Positions 16,127 to 26,044 of a DNA stretch of 64,000 nucleotides are shown one piece after another (position 1 is the stretch's first letter; every line of letters starts with the position of its first letter). The translations under genes and the position numbers were made by a program. Under the pieces are notes generated by a model. It saw only the letters and a list, made by a program, of their open reading frames with translations. It ran no database searches and was not told where the DNA came from. Origin of the DNA: Solirubrobacterales bacterium (GTDB lineage: Bacteria > Actinomycetota > Thermoleophilia > Solirubrobacterales > 70-9); assembly GCA_025450585.1 (NCBI GenBank), contig JANWHD010000017.1:33668-97667 (forward strand), given 5' to 3'.

Positions 16127-16139
16127 AACCCCAACAACC

Positions 16140-18038
16140 TCAGGCGTCCTCCCGAACCCCACCCATCTCCGTGAACACCGCCGTCGTCCCGCCGTCCTCG
16201 CGCTGCTCATCCGCGATCACGTGCGACACGGCGTTGATCAGGGCCAGGTGGGTGAAGGCCTGGGGGAAGTTGCCGAGATGCTGCCCGCTGCGGGCGTCGA
16301 GCTCCTCGGCGTAGAGGTCGAGCCAGCCAGAGGACTCCAGCAGGCGTTCGCAGAGCGTCCGGGCACGGGCCGGCTCGCCGATCTCCGATAGCGCCGAGAC
16401 GAGCCAGAACGAGCAGATCAGGAAGGTGCCCTCCTCGCCGCTGAGGCCGTCGTCGGTCTCCTGCACCTTGTAGCGCAGGACGAGGCCGTGCTCGGTCAGG
16501 TCCTCAGCGACGGCCTCGACCGTGGCGCGGACCCGCGGGTCGTCGGGCGGGAGGAAGCGGAGCAGCGGCAACAGCAGGATCGAGGCGTCGAGGGCGTCGG
16601 TGTCGTAGTGCTGGCGGAAGACCCCGTCGCGCACCCCCCGCTCGAGGATCTCCGCCTTGAACTCATCGGCGGTCCGTTCCCACTCCTCGGCGACCTCCTC
16701 GAAGCCGAGGCTGCGGGCGAGGCGGGCGCCGCGGTCGACCGCGACCCAGATCATCAGCTTCGAGGAGACGTAGTGCTGGGGCTCGCCGCGCGACTCCCAG
16801 ATCCCCTGGTCGGGGTTCGGCCAGGCCTCGATCGCCGCTTCGACCTGGTGGCGGATCAGCTGGCGGTCGGCCGGCGTCCCGGTTCCGCGCAGGGCCTTCT
16901 CGTGCAGGTAGATCGAGTCGAGCAGGGCGCCCCAGACGTCGTTCTGGCGCTGGTCGAAGGCCCCGTTGCCGATCCGCACCGGCTTCGCCCCGCCGTAGCC
17001 GCTGAGATGGTCGAGCGTGCTCTCGGTCAGGTCCTTCTCGCCGCCGATCCCATACATGATCTGCAGGTCGGGGCATTCGCGGCAGACGTTGACGATGAAG
17101 CGCATGAAGTCGCGCGCCTCCTGGTCGAAGCCGAGCGTGTGCAGGGCCCAGAGGCTGAAGGTCGAGTCGCGGATCCAGCTGTAGCGATAGTCCCAGTTGC
17201 GTTCGCCGCCAGGGGTCTCGGGCAGGGATGTCGTGGGCGCCGCGAGGATCGCGCCGGTGGGCGTATAGGTGAGACCCTTCAGGACCAGGGCCGAGCGCTG
17301 CAGATGGGTGCGCCAGGGATGGTCGGGGAAGTCGCCGTCGCGCAGCCACTCCCGCCAGAACTCTTCGGTCGAGTCGAGCCTCTCCAGCGCCTCCGGCGCG
17401 CTGCGCGGGCCGCCCAGGTCTTCGTTGCCCCAGGTCAGCGCGCAGAAGCCGGTCTCGTTCTCGCGCAGCTTCATGGTTCCCCGGGCGACACCGCCCTCGA
17501 GCGCGAGCTCCATGTCACTGGTCAGCAGGAGCTCCGTGCCGTCGCTCGCTTGCGCCACCGCTTCGCCCAGCTCACCGCCTCTCCAGCTCGCCGGCTCGGC
17601 CCCGTAGGCGAAGCTCGGCAGGCACTCCATCTCCATCTCGACCTCGCCGTCGACGCAGGTCATCGTTCGCAGCAGGGAGTGATCGGACTCGTGTTCGGTG
17701 TCGGGCCGGCCGCGCTCGCCCCCGGCGCTCGCCCACTCGGCGATCGTCAGCACGTCGTGGATCACAACCCAGCCGGTGTCGGTCACCCAGGTCGTCTCGA
17801 TCACCAGGGTCCCGGGCTTGTAGCGGCGGCTGAGCGGAACGACGACCCCACGGGGGGCGACCTTGAAGTGGCCGGCGTCGCGGTCGAGCAGGGCCGCGAA
17901 GGCGCTCGGCGAGTCGAAGCGGGGCAGGCAGAGCCACTCGACCGCGCCGTCGTAGGAGACCAGGGCGCTGGTGTGGCAGTCGGAGAGGAACCCGTAGCTG
18001 CCGATCGGCGGAAAGCGGTGATTCTCCTCAGCACTCAC
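16140..18038 (-). CDS. Glycoside hydrolase family 15 (glucoamylase/trehalase-like)
   Basis: 632-aa ORF with the GH15 signature GGERNWDYRYSWIRDSTFSLWAL and an (alpha/alpha)6-type C-terminal half. Confidence 0.85.
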   Translation of the reverse strand: MSAEENHRFPPIGSYGFLSDCHTSALVSYDGAVEWLCLPRFDSPSAFAALLDRDAGHFKVAPRGVVVPLSRRYKPGTLVIETTWVTDTGWVVIHDVLTIAEWASAGGERGRPDTEHESDHSLLRTMTCVDGEVEMEMECLPSFAYGAEPASWRGGELGEAVAQASDGTELLLTSDMELALEGGVARGTMKLRENETGFCALTWGNEDLGGPRSAPEALERLDSTEEFWREWLRDGDFPDHPWRTHLQRSALVLKGLTYTPTGAILAAPTTSLPETPGGERNWDYRYSWIRDSTFSLWALHTLGFDQEARDFMRFIVNVCRECPDLQIMYGIGGEKDLTESTLDHLSGYGGAKPVRIGNGAFDQRQNDVWGALLDSIYLHEKALRGTGTPADRQLIRHQVEAAIEAWPNPDQGIWESRGEPQHYVSSKLMIWVAVDRGARLARSLGFEEVAEEWERTADEFKAEILERGVRDGVFRQHYDTDALDASILLLPLLRFLPPDDPRVRATVEAVAEDLTEHGLVLRYKVQETDDGLSGEEGTFLICSFWLVSALSEIGEPARARTLCERLLESSGWLDLYAEELDARSGQHLGNFPQAFTHLALINAVSHVIADEQREDGGTTAVFTEMGGVREDA

Positions 18039-18103
18039 AGCGCCGCCAAGCTAGCAGTGGGCGCGGGCGGCGCCCTCGCAAACCGCGTCGCTACGCTGAA
18101 TCC

Positions 18104-19018
18104 GTGAGCCTGCCGTTCGCCCACTTTGCCGGGGCATTCGCCCCGATCGAGATCCTGCCGCTGACCGTCGCCGGGATCCTCTACTGGCACCGGGCGACCG
18201 TTCTCTCCTGGGACAACCGCCCGGTCCCGATCTGGCGCCAGGCCTGCTTTGGCTCCGGCCTGGCGATCATCGCGATCTCGCTTTTTTCGCCGATCGGCCA
18301 CATCGCCGAGGAGCTGGTGATCGGTCACATGGTCGAGCACCTGCTGATCGGCGACGTCGCCTCGCTGCTGCTGGTCCTCGGGCTGACCAAGTCGCTGCTG
18401 CAGCCGATCCTCGCGATCCGCGCCTTCAACCGGCTCCAGGTCCTCGCCCATCCGCTCGTCGCCTTCCCGCTCTGGGCGCTGAACTTCTACCTCTGGCACA
18501 TACCGGCGCTCTACGAAGCCGCCTATGGCGGCGCGCCCGTGCACGCGTTCGAGCACATGACCTTCCTCTTCTTCGGCTGCCTGATGTGGATGCCGGTCTT
18601 CGGCCCGTTGCCGAAGCCGGAGTGGTTCGGCGCCGCCTGGAAGGTCGGCTACGTGATCGGGGTCCGCTTCGCCGGCGCGATCCTCGGCAACGTGCTGATG
18701 TGGTCGGGAACGGTGCTCTACCCGATCTACGCGCCGGGGGAGCGCTACTGGGGCATCTCCGCGGTGGCCGACCAGAGCACCGCCGGGGTTGTGATGATGG
18801 TCGAGGGGACCCTTCTCGCCCTAGGCGTCCTCGCCTGGGTCTTCCTCGAGGTCGCCCGCGAAGGGGCGGAGAAGCAGCGACTGCTCGACCTCGCCCACGA
18901 CCGCGGCGTCCCCCTCGACGAGCGGCGGGCCCAGCGTGCGGTCGCGGCCGGTCACGGAGCGCGGCTCGAGCAGCGGATCGCCGGTGCCACCGATGAGCCC
19001 GAGCGCGACCCAGCCTGA
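18104..19018 (+). CDS. Cytochrome c oxidase assembly factor CtaG-like polytopic membrane protein
   Basis: 304-aa ORF with multiple TM helices and His-rich motifs (HMVEHLLIGD, FEHMTFLFFGCLMWMP). Confidence 0.65.
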   Translation: MSLPFAHFAGAFAPIEILPLTVAGILYWHRATVLSWDNRPVPIWRQACFGSGLAIIAISLFSPIGHIAEELVIGHMVEHLLIGDVASLLLVLGLTKSLLQPILAIRAFNRLQVLAHPLVAFPLWALNFYLWHIPALYEAAYGGAPVHAFEHMTFLFFGCLMWMPVFGPLPKPEWFGAAWKVGYVIGVRFAGAILGNVLMWSGTVLYPIYAPGERYWGISAVADQSTAGVVMMVEGTLLALGVLAWVFLEVAREGAEKQRLLDLAHDRGVPLDERRAQRAVAAGHGARLEQRIAGATDEPERDPA

Positions 19019-20501
19019 GTCGAGGCCGCTGCTGGCGGCGCTCGTCTTCGTGGTCGGGGCGGCCAGTCTCGGCGCCGAGATCGCCGCGGCACGCCTGCTG
19101 GCGCCCTACTTCGGTGCCTCGACGATCGTCTGGGCAAACACGATCGGCGTCGTCCTCGTCGCCCTCTCGGTCGGCTACTGGTTCGGCGGACGCTTCGCCG
19201 ACCGCCACCCGCACATTCGCGGCCTCTGCTTGCTGGTCCTCGCGGCGGCACTGCTGATCGCCGCCGTGCCCTTCGCCGCGCGGCCCTTCCTCGGCTTCTC
19301 GGTCGACGCCTTCGACAGCGTCTCGGTCGGCGGCTTCGCCGGATCGCTCTTCGGGGTGCTGGTGCTGGTCGCGGTGCCGGTCACTCTGCTCGGCGCCGCC
19401 GCGCCGTGGGCCGTGCGGCTCGCCGTGGCCGACGTCGAGGGCTCCGGCGAGGTGGTCGGACGGCTGTACGCGACCTCGACCGCCGGCTCACTGGTCGGCA
19501 CGATGCTGGCCGCCCTGCTGCTGATCCCTTTGCTGGGCACCCAGCGCACCTTCCTCGTCTTCGCCCTGGCGCTCGCCACCGTCGCCGCGCTGGGCCTCGG
19601 CTGGCGCTTCGCCGCCGTCCCCGTCGCCCTTGCCCTCGCCGTCTCGCTGCCGGTCGGCACGATCAAGGCCGCCGACACCGGCCGCGTCCTCTACGAGGCC
19701 GAGACCGTCCACGAGTACGCCCGCGTGGTGGAACGGCCCGACGGCGTTCGCGTCCTCGAGCTCAACGAGGGCCAGGCGGTTCACTCCCTGTACCGACCGG
19801 GCAGCTACCTGACCGGCGACTATTGGGACGGGCACCTTGTCCTGCCCTTCGCCGCCGGGGCAGGGCCGCCGAGGCGGATCGCGATTCTCGGCAACGGCGC
19901 CGGCACGGTGGCCCGCGCCTTCGGCCACTTCTTCCCGTCGACCGCGGTCGACGCGGTCGAGATCGACGCCGAGTTGACCGAGTTGGGCCGGCGCTTCTTC
20001 GACTTGCGCAACCCGCGCATGCGCACCTTCGCCGAGGACGCGCGACCATGGCTGCGCCGTTCGGCCGGAGGCTACGACGCGATCATGGTCGACGCCTACC
20101 GCCAGCCCTACATCCCCTTCTACCTGGCCACGCGCGAGTTCTTCGAGCTGGCCCGCGAGCGGCTGGTGCCGGGGGGCGTGACGATCGTCAACGTCGGCCA
20201 TCCGGATGGCAGCGCCGAGCTGGAGAGGGTGCTGGGGCGGACGATGGCAGCCGCCTTCCCGACCGTGCTGCGCTACCCGATCGAGGACACCAACACCCTG
20301 CTGCTTGCCGGCGAGGGCCTCTCGGCCACGCGCCTGCTTCAGGCCGCGCCGCACCTGGCGCAGCCGCTGCGTCCGCTTGCGCTCGCCGCGGCCGAGGGGC
20401 TGTCGCCGCGCCTCGTCGGCGGCGAGGTCTACACCGACGACCGCGCACCCGTCGAGTGGCTCGTCGACTCCTCCCTGCTGGAATACGCGAATGGCGAGTA
20501 G
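18993..20501 (+). CDS. Membrane-anchored spermidine synthase-like (class I methyltransferase fold) protein
   Basis: Internal Met at 18993 of ORF 18936..20501. The N-terminal half is polytopic. The C-terminal half has ILGNGAGTVARAF...VDAVEIDAEL...YDAIMVDAY. Confidence 0.75.
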   Translation: MSPSATQPESRPLLAALVFVVGAASLGAEIAAARLLAPYFGASTIVWANTIGVVLVALSVGYWFGGRFADRHPHIRGLCLLVLAAALLIAAVPFAARPFLGFSVDAFDSVSVGGFAGSLFGVLVLVAVPVTLLGAAAPWAVRLAVADVEGSGEVVGRLYATSTAGSLVGTMLAALLLIPLLGTQRTFLVFALALATVAALGLGWRFAAVPVALALAVSLPVGTIKAADTGRVLYEAETVHEYARVVERPDGVRVLELNEGQAVHSLYRPGSYLTGDYWDGHLVLPFAAGAGPPRRIAILGNGAGTVARAFGHFFPSTAVDAVEIDAELTELGRRFFDLRNPRMRTFAEDARPWLRRSAGGYDAIMVDAYRQPYIPFYLATREFFELARERLVPGGVTIVNVGHPDGSAELERVLGRTMAAAFPTVLRYPIEDTNTLLLAGEGLSATRLLQAAPHLAQPLRPLALAAAEGLSPRLVGGEVYTDDRAPVEWLVDSSLLEYANGE

Positions 20502-20624
20502 CCCTCTGACCGGAGTGCGAGCCTGGCTGGTCACCGGTCCGCTTGGCCGCGGCCTCGCTTTCGCGATCGACTTCGGTGTCGCCCTGCGCACCATGTTGGC
20601 CCAACGACTAGGGTCTCGCGCTCG

Positions 20625-22013
20625 ATGAAGACCGTGGTCAGATCGCTCCCCGACTCGCGCGTGCGGGTCGACGTCGAAGTCCCTGCCGAGGACGTCGACC
20701 GCGGCGTCTCCCGGGCCGCGCGCGGCCTGGCGCGGGAGATGCGGATGCCCGGCTTCCGCGCGGGCAAGGCGCCGCCCTCGCTGGTGGTCCAGCGTCTCGG
20801 CTACGGCAGCGTTCTGCAGGAGGCGATCCGCGAGTCGCTCCCGGAGTGGTACGAACGGGGCTTGTTGCACTCCGGGATCAGCCCGGTCGGGGACCCCGAT
20901 ATCGAGATCGTCACCGCCCCCGAGGCCGAGGGCGAGCCGCTCAGCTTCAAGTTCGAGATCGGCGTGCGGCCGAAGGCCGCTCTGGGCGAGTACAAGGGCC
21001 TGGAGGTGGGGCGTGCCGAGGCCGAGCCGTCCGAGGAGATCGTCGAGCGCGAGGTCGAGCGCATCCGCGAAGGCTTCGCCAAGCTCGAGCCAGTCGAGCG
21101 GGCGGCCGCCGACGGGGACGTGCTGCTGATCGACTACGAGGGCATGGTCGACGGCAAGGCCTTCGAAGGCGGCAAGGAGGCGGACCGCATGCTCGAGCTG
21201 GGCAGCGGCCGCTTCATCGAGGGCTTCGAGGCGCAGCTCAGCGGCGCCAGCGGGGGAGAGCAGCGCGAGGTGAAGGTCACCTTCCCGGAGGATTACCAGG
21301 CGGAGGACCTGGCGGGCAAGGACGCGGTCTTCGCGGTCGAGGTGAAGGAGGTGCGGGAGAAGGTCCTGCCCGAGCTCGACGACGAGTTCGCCGCCGAGGC
21401 TTCCGAGTTCGAGACCCTCGACGAGTTGCGCGCCGACATCGCCAAGCGCGTCGCCGAAGCGGTCGATGAGCGCGCCGAGCAGGACTTCCGCGTGGCCGCG
21501 ATCGACGCCGCCGTCGACGCGGCGACCGTCGAGCTGCCGGACGACCTCGTCGCGGCGCGGGCGGGGGAGCGCCTGGAGCGCTTCGAACGGCAGATTGCCG
21601 GCCAGGGGATGAGCCCCGAGGCCTTCCTGCAGATGCAGGGCAAGACCCGCGAGGAGTTGCTCGAGGAATCCAGGCCCGACGCGGAACGGGACCTGAAGCG
21701 CGAGGCCGTTCTCGCCGCGATCGCCGAAGCGGAGGAGATCGACGTCTCTGACGAGGAGATGATCGAGGCTCTCGCCCACAGCGCCGAGCACGAGCGCACG
21801 ACCCCCGAGAAGCTGCTGAAGCGCCTGCGTGAGAACGGCCGCGACGCGATGGTCCGCGAGGACATCCAGGTGCGCAAGGCGATCGACCTGATCGCCGGCG
21901 CGGCGAAGCCGATACCGCTCGAGCAGGCCGAGGCCCGCGAGAAGATCTGGACCCCGGAGAAGGAGAAAGAGGAGAAGGGCGAGCTCTGGACCCCGGGAGA
22001 GGGCAGCTCCTAG
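20625..22013 (+). CDS. tig: Trigger factor
   Basis: 462-aa ORF with an N-terminal ribosome-binding domain (GFRAGKAP), an FKBP-type PPIase core and an acidic C-terminus. It sits upstream of clpP. Confidence 0.9.
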   Translation: MKTVVRSLPDSRVRVDVEVPAEDVDRGVSRAARGLAREMRMPGFRAGKAPPSLVVQRLGYGSVLQEAIRESLPEWYERGLLHSGISPVGDPDIEIVTAPEAEGEPLSFKFEIGVRPKAALGEYKGLEVGRAEAEPSEEIVEREVERIREGFAKLEPVERAAADGDVLLIDYEGMVDGKAFEGGKEADRMLELGSGRFIEGFEAQLSGASGGEQREVKVTFPEDYQAEDLAGKDAVFAVEVKEVREKVLPELDDEFAAEASEFETLDELRADIAKRVAEAVDERAEQDFRVAAIDAAVDAATVELPDDLVAARAGERLERFERQIAGQGMSPEAFLQMQGKTREELLEESRPDAERDLKREAVLAAIAEAEEIDVSDEEMIEALAHSAEHERTTPEKLLKRLRENGRDAMVREDIQVRKAIDLIAGAAKPIPLEQAEAREKIWTPEKEKEEKGELWTPGEGSS

Positions 22014-22091
22014 CCGGAAGTACGATTTTTCGCGTGCGGATTTTCGTGCAGAGTTAAAAAAGCGATACCCAATACCGATTAGGTATCGCGA

Positions 22092-23297
22092 ATGAACCGC
22101 TTCGCTTCCAAGCCCAGGTTCACGGCCGCGCTTCTGTTCGGGGCGATCTTCGCCGTGCGGGCGACCGTTGGAACGGTCGGGGACGCGATCAGCTTCCTCT
22201 ACGTCATACCCGTGGTGATCGTCGCGGTCGGCGCCGGCTTTCGCGGTGGCCTGGCGGCCGGCACCGTGGCCTTCGCCCTCTCCTCGCTCGGTTCGGTCGT
22301 CGAGCAGCTGCCGATCAGCCCGGTCGGCTACGTCAACCGGGCGATCGTCTTCCTGTTCATCGGCGGGTTGGTCGGTCGCTTCGCCGATCGGCTGCGTGCC
22401 CTGGAGGCCGAGAGCGCCCGTCACTTCAACCTCTCCCTCGACATGATCAGCACCGCTGGCTTCGACGGCCGTTTCAAGAGCGTGAACCCGGCCTTCGAGC
22501 GGATCCTCGGCTACGCGAAGGAGGACATGGTCGGCCGCCCCTTCCTCGATTTCGTCCATCCCGACGATCGCGAGAGGACCGAAAGGGAGGCGGCGGCGCT
22601 CGGCGAGGGCCGCCACACGATCCAGTTCCAGAACCGTTACTTCGACAAGGACGGCGAGGTGCACTGGATCGAGTGGGCCTCGGTGCCGATCCCCGAGGAG
22701 GAGATCATCTACGGGGTCGCCCGCGACGTGACCGAGCGCAAGGCCCTCGAGCTGGAACTGGAGCAGCTTTCGCGTCGCGATCCGCTCACCGGCCTGCTCA
22801 ACCGGCGCAGCTTCGACGAGGTTCTGGAGAGCCAACTCGCCTACACGCGCCGCTACGGCGAGGGCGGGGCCCTGCTGGTGGTCGACCTCGACCGCTTCAA
22901 GCAGATCAACGACCAGCACGGCCACGCGGCCGGAGACGAGGCTCTCCGTCAGGTCGCGCGCGTGCTCGACGACAACGTGCGCCTGACCGACACCGTCGCC
23001 CGAGACCCCGATGGCTTGGCCGCCCGGCTCGGCGGCGACGAGTTCGCCCTGCTGCTCCCGGAGGCCGACGAGGCCGGGGCGGAGGCGGTCGCCGAGCGTC
23101 TCCTCGCCGCCCTGGCGGCGGCGCCGCTCGAGGTCGAGGGTCGGCGGGTCGAGCTTGGGATCAGCGTCGGCGTGGCGCTCTTCGACGAGTACGGATGCCC
23201 GCCCGCGAAGGACCTGCTCGCTGCCGCCGACCGGGCGATGTACGTGGTCAAGGCGGCTGGTGGGGGAGGGGCGGTGCTCGCCGCCTCCCAGGCGTGA
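22092..23297 (+). CDS. Membrane-anchored PAS-GGDEF diguanylate cyclase
   Basis: 401-aa ORF with N-terminal TM helices, a PAS-like region, then DPLTGLLNRR...DLDRFKQINDQHGHAAGD...RLGGDEFALLL. Confidence 0.85.
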   Translation: MNRFASKPRFTAALLFGAIFAVRATVGTVGDAISFLYVIPVVIVAVGAGFRGGLAAGTVAFALSSLGSVVEQLPISPVGYVNRAIVFLFIGGLVGRFADRLRALEAESARHFNLSLDMISTAGFDGRFKSVNPAFERILGYAKEDMVGRPFLDFVHPDDRERTEREAAALGEGRHTIQFQNRYFDKDGEVHWIEWASVPIPEEEIIYGVARDVTERKALELELEQLSRRDPLTGLLNRRSFDEVLESQLAYTRRYGEGGALLVVDLDRFKQINDQHGHAAGDEALRQVARVLDDNVRLTDTVARDPDGLAARLGGDEFALLLPEADEAGAEAVAERLLAALAAAPLEVEGRRVELGISVGVALFDEYGCPPAKDLLAAADRAMYVVKAAGGGGAVLAASQA

Positions 23298-23333
23298 GCC
23301 CCTGCCGCTGGTCCGTATTGCGGCTTCTATAGA

Positions 23334-23927
23334 GTGCCGGCCATGAGTCCCCTGGTTCCGATGGTGGTCGAGCAGACCTCGCGCGGCGAGCGCGCCTTCG
23401 ACATCTACTCGCGCCTGCTGGGCGAGCGGATCGTCTTCCTCGGCACGCCCGTCACCGAGGACATCGCCAACCTGATCGTGGCCCAGCTTCTGCACCTGGA
23501 GTCCGAGGACCCCGACAAGGACATCAGCCTCTACATCAACTCCCCCGGTGGCTCCGTCTACGCCGGCCTGGCGATCTACGACACGATGCAGTTCATCAAG
23601 CCGGAAGTACAGACGATCTGCGTCGGCATCGCGATGAGCATGGGCGCACTGCTCCTGGCCGCCGGCGCCGATGGCAAGCGGATGTCGCTGCCCAACTCGA
23701 AGATCCTCATCCACCAGGTCTCCTCCAGCTTCCAGGGCCAGGCGACCGACATCGAGATCCACGCCAAAGAGATCATCGACGTGCGCACGCGCCTCGACGA
23801 GATCCTCGCCAAGCACACCGGCCAGCCCTTCGAGAAGGTCGCCAAGGACACCGAGCGCGACTACTTTATGAGCGCGGAGGAGGCGAAGGAGTACAACCTC
23901 GTCGACCGCGTGATCGAGCACCACTGA
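23334..23927 (+). CDS. clpP: ATP-dependent Clp protease proteolytic subunit
   Basis: 197-aa ORF: [19 protein letters not shown]..., catalytic Ser context [11 protein letters not shown], ...ILIHQ.... Confidence 0.95.
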   Translation: MPAMSPLVPMVVEQTSRGERAFDIYSRLLGERIVFLGTPVTEDIANLIVAQLLHLESEDPDKDISLYINSPGGSVYAGLAIYDTMQFIKPEVQTICVGIAMSMGALLLAAGADGKRMSLPNSKILIHQVSSSFQGQATDIEIHAKEIIDVRTRLDEILAKHTGQPFEKVAKDTERDYFMSAEEAKEYNLVDRVIEHH

Positions 23928-24436
23928 AGCGCCCGGCCCTCCTCGTCCTCCTACTCGCAGCTCTTACCGTTCCGGCAGTCGCTGGCGCCGCTGGCGATGA
24001 CGGTGGCCTGCTCTACCACGACCACGTCTTCCCGGTCCAGGGTCCGCACGGCATCCGTGGCGCTATCGGCGAATTCGGAGCTCCACGCAGCGGCGGACGG
24101 GTCCACGAGGGCTTCGACGTCGTCGCCGTCTGCGGCGCGCCGCTCGTTGCGGTGCGAGGCGGCCGCGTCCTGCGCGCCGGCTACGACCCGGTGCTCTACG
24201 GCAACTACCTGACGATCCACGGCGAAAGGGAGAGGCGCAGCTACTTCTACGCCCACCTGCCCAGGCCGTCCCCGTTCGGCCGCGGCGACCGCCTCTACAC
24301 CGGCGAGCGCATTGGCGCGGTTGGCAAGACCGGCAACGCCCGCACAGTCGGCTGCCACCTCCACTTCGAGATCCACACCCGAGGCAGGCCGATCGACCCG
24401 GAGCCCTTCCTAGACCGCTGGGACCGCTACCGCTAG
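23924..24436 (+). CDS. Secreted M23 family metallopeptidase; start inferred at CTG 23924
   Basis: Track ORF 24152..24436 covers only the C-terminal part (HLHFEIH motif). In-frame upstream translation gives a signal peptide [20 protein letters not shown] and the HxGxD motif (VHEGFDV). There is no ATG, GTG or TTG in that stretch. CTG at 23924 overlaps the clpP stop. Confidence 0.7.
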   Translation: MKRPALLVLLLAALTVPAVAGAAGDDGGLLYHDHVFPVQGPHGIRGAIGEFGAPRSGGRVHEGFDVVAVCGAPLVAVRGGRVLRAGYDPVLYGNYLTIHGERERRSYFYAHLPRPSPFGRGDRLYTGERIGAVGKTGNARTVGCHLHFEIHTRGRPIDPEPFLDRWDRYR

Positions 24437-24568
24437 AGGACTGTTGCTCGTCGGGGCACAGCACTGCCGCTTCCACGCGATTGCACAAGCAGTAGCGGTG
24501 CGGCAGACGATTGTTCCGTCATTCAAGCGTCCTCACGGCAGGCCAAGCATTGATCCGTTGGGTTTGAC

Positions 24569-26044
24569 TCAAGTGCTCAACAGCTCGCTCGCCGCGCAGT
24601 AGGCGTCACCGGAATAGAAAGGCGCGGTACCGCGATACAAGTCGATGAGATCGTCATAGCTGTGGACGTTGCTGAAGAACGTCCCGAAATCGAGGCCGGG
24701 AGGAAACAATGCGGGCCAGTCGATGACACCGCTTCGCATGACCATCCAGGCGAAACTGGCGAGTGAGTACGACATCAAGGGCCGCAGTCGGGTCTCGACA
24801 TCGGTACCCCCTCGCTGCGTGCCCGACTCACGAACGAAGATCGGATAGTGCTCTTTCAGCAGCGGCAACAGGCGTTCGGGGTCAAACCAGGCGTCAACGA
24901 TCATCCGGTCGTCTGCGCCGAGCCGAAGGCGACAGGCGGCCGCGTGGCGGGCGAGGTCGTGGGTCGCCGGAGCGAGCCGGGCCCCGAGTTCCAGGAAGCG
25001 GTCTGGAGGTGGCCAGAGCAGGCGCATACTGAGCCGCGACTGCAGACGGCGCCCTTCGTCGTCACCCTCGAGCCAGTCGTCGGGTTGCAACGCATCCAAT
25101 ATCTGCTCCAGCCGCCAACCGGGATGAAAATCCGACCAGCTCATCGAGTCGTCACGAAGCCGCCCGTACACCCGTCCCACTGGCGTGAAGAGAGCGAGAT
25201 CGACGACGGCAATGAAAGTGGATACGACGGAACGGAAGTCGTCCTCGCTGTCAACGGTGCCGGGGTACCGTTTGAGAAACAAACCGAAAAGGGCCCAGTA
25301 CAGGTTCGCCAAGGACCGACTCGCACCCGCCCAAAAGGCCTCGTCGGCATGCTCGACCAGCTGCGCGGATGCCTCGAACAGGTGCTGACCGCCGAAGGGC
25401 CGAGCTTCCGTGGAGCCGATAACGGGGAACGCCGGGTGCTTGTTCTCGTCCAAGAACTTGGCCCAGGAGAGAACGAATCGCCTCTGGTAATCGGAAAAGG
25501 GAGGCGGAGCGTCGGCGAACAGATCTTCGTCGGATCTGATCGCGCGGCTGCGGTCCTCATAGTCGATGAGCCAGCGAAGAATCGTCGCGAGGTCCGCGTT
25601 CCGTACCGATCTGAGGTCCATTCCCTCGAACCAGTTCTCGAGTAGAACGTCATGCGTCCAAGGAACGACGTGGGTCCGTACGAGTGAGCGGATCAACGCC
25701 TGGGGAGGAATCGAAAGCGCTCCGTCTCGGTCCGCGCGGGCGACATCGATGGCCGGAATCGGTATTCGCTCGCCGGCTTTGTACAAGCTGACGCAGTACA
25801 TGATCGTCTGCCGACCCGCGAGCTCTCCCAGCTCATCGAGGACGGCTCCGTACGGAGTCGAGGAGTGTAGCCAGTAGTGGTTGAGCTCGTGGGCCGTGAC
25901 ATTGCCGACGGCGGCGCCCGATCCGCCTGCGTGGATGACCGGACCGTAGTGATTGAAGCTCCCGCCCTCCGCGTGGAAGCGAAGCGGGTTCGCCTCCGGC
26001 TCCAACTCGACCAGTTCATCGAGGCCCGGAGTCACCGAGTTCAA
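24569..26044 (-). CDS. Hypothetical 491-aa protein with an HExxH zinc-metallopeptidase-like motif
   Basis: ...GNVTAHELNHYWLHSSTPYG... near the N-terminus; I recognise no other family. Its start overlaps the stop of the upstream trypco2 gene by 4 nt. Confidence 0.6.
   Translation of the reverse strand: MNSVTPGLDELVELEPEANPLRFHAEGGSFNHYGPVIHAGGSGAAVGNVTAHELNHYWLHSSTPYGAVLDELGELAGRQTIMYCVSLYKAGERIPIPAIDVARADRDGALSIPPQALIRSLVRTHVVPWTHDVLLENWFEGMDLRSVRNADLATILRWLIDYEDRSRAIRSDEDLFADAPPPFSDYQRRFVLSWAKFLDENKHPAFPVIGSTEARPFGGQHLFEASAQLVEHADEAFWAGASRSLANLYWALFGLFLKRYPGTVDSEDDFRSVVSTFIAVVDLALFTPVGRVYGRLRDDSMSWSDFHPGWRLEQILDALQPDDWLEGDDEGRRLQSRLSMRLLWPPPDRFLELGARLAPATHDLARHAAACRLRLGADDRMIVDAWFDPERLLPLLKEHYPIFVRESGTQRGGTDVETRLRPLMSYSLASFAWMVMRSGVIDWPALFPPGLDFGTFFSNVHSYDDLIDLYRGTAPFYSGDAYCAASELLST

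Noticed and set aside
19488-23924. 1478-aa minus-strand ORF
   Set aside because: It is antisense to four well-supported + strand genes: the spermidine-synthase-like gene, tig, the PAS-GGDEF gene and clpP. It has no recognisable domains.
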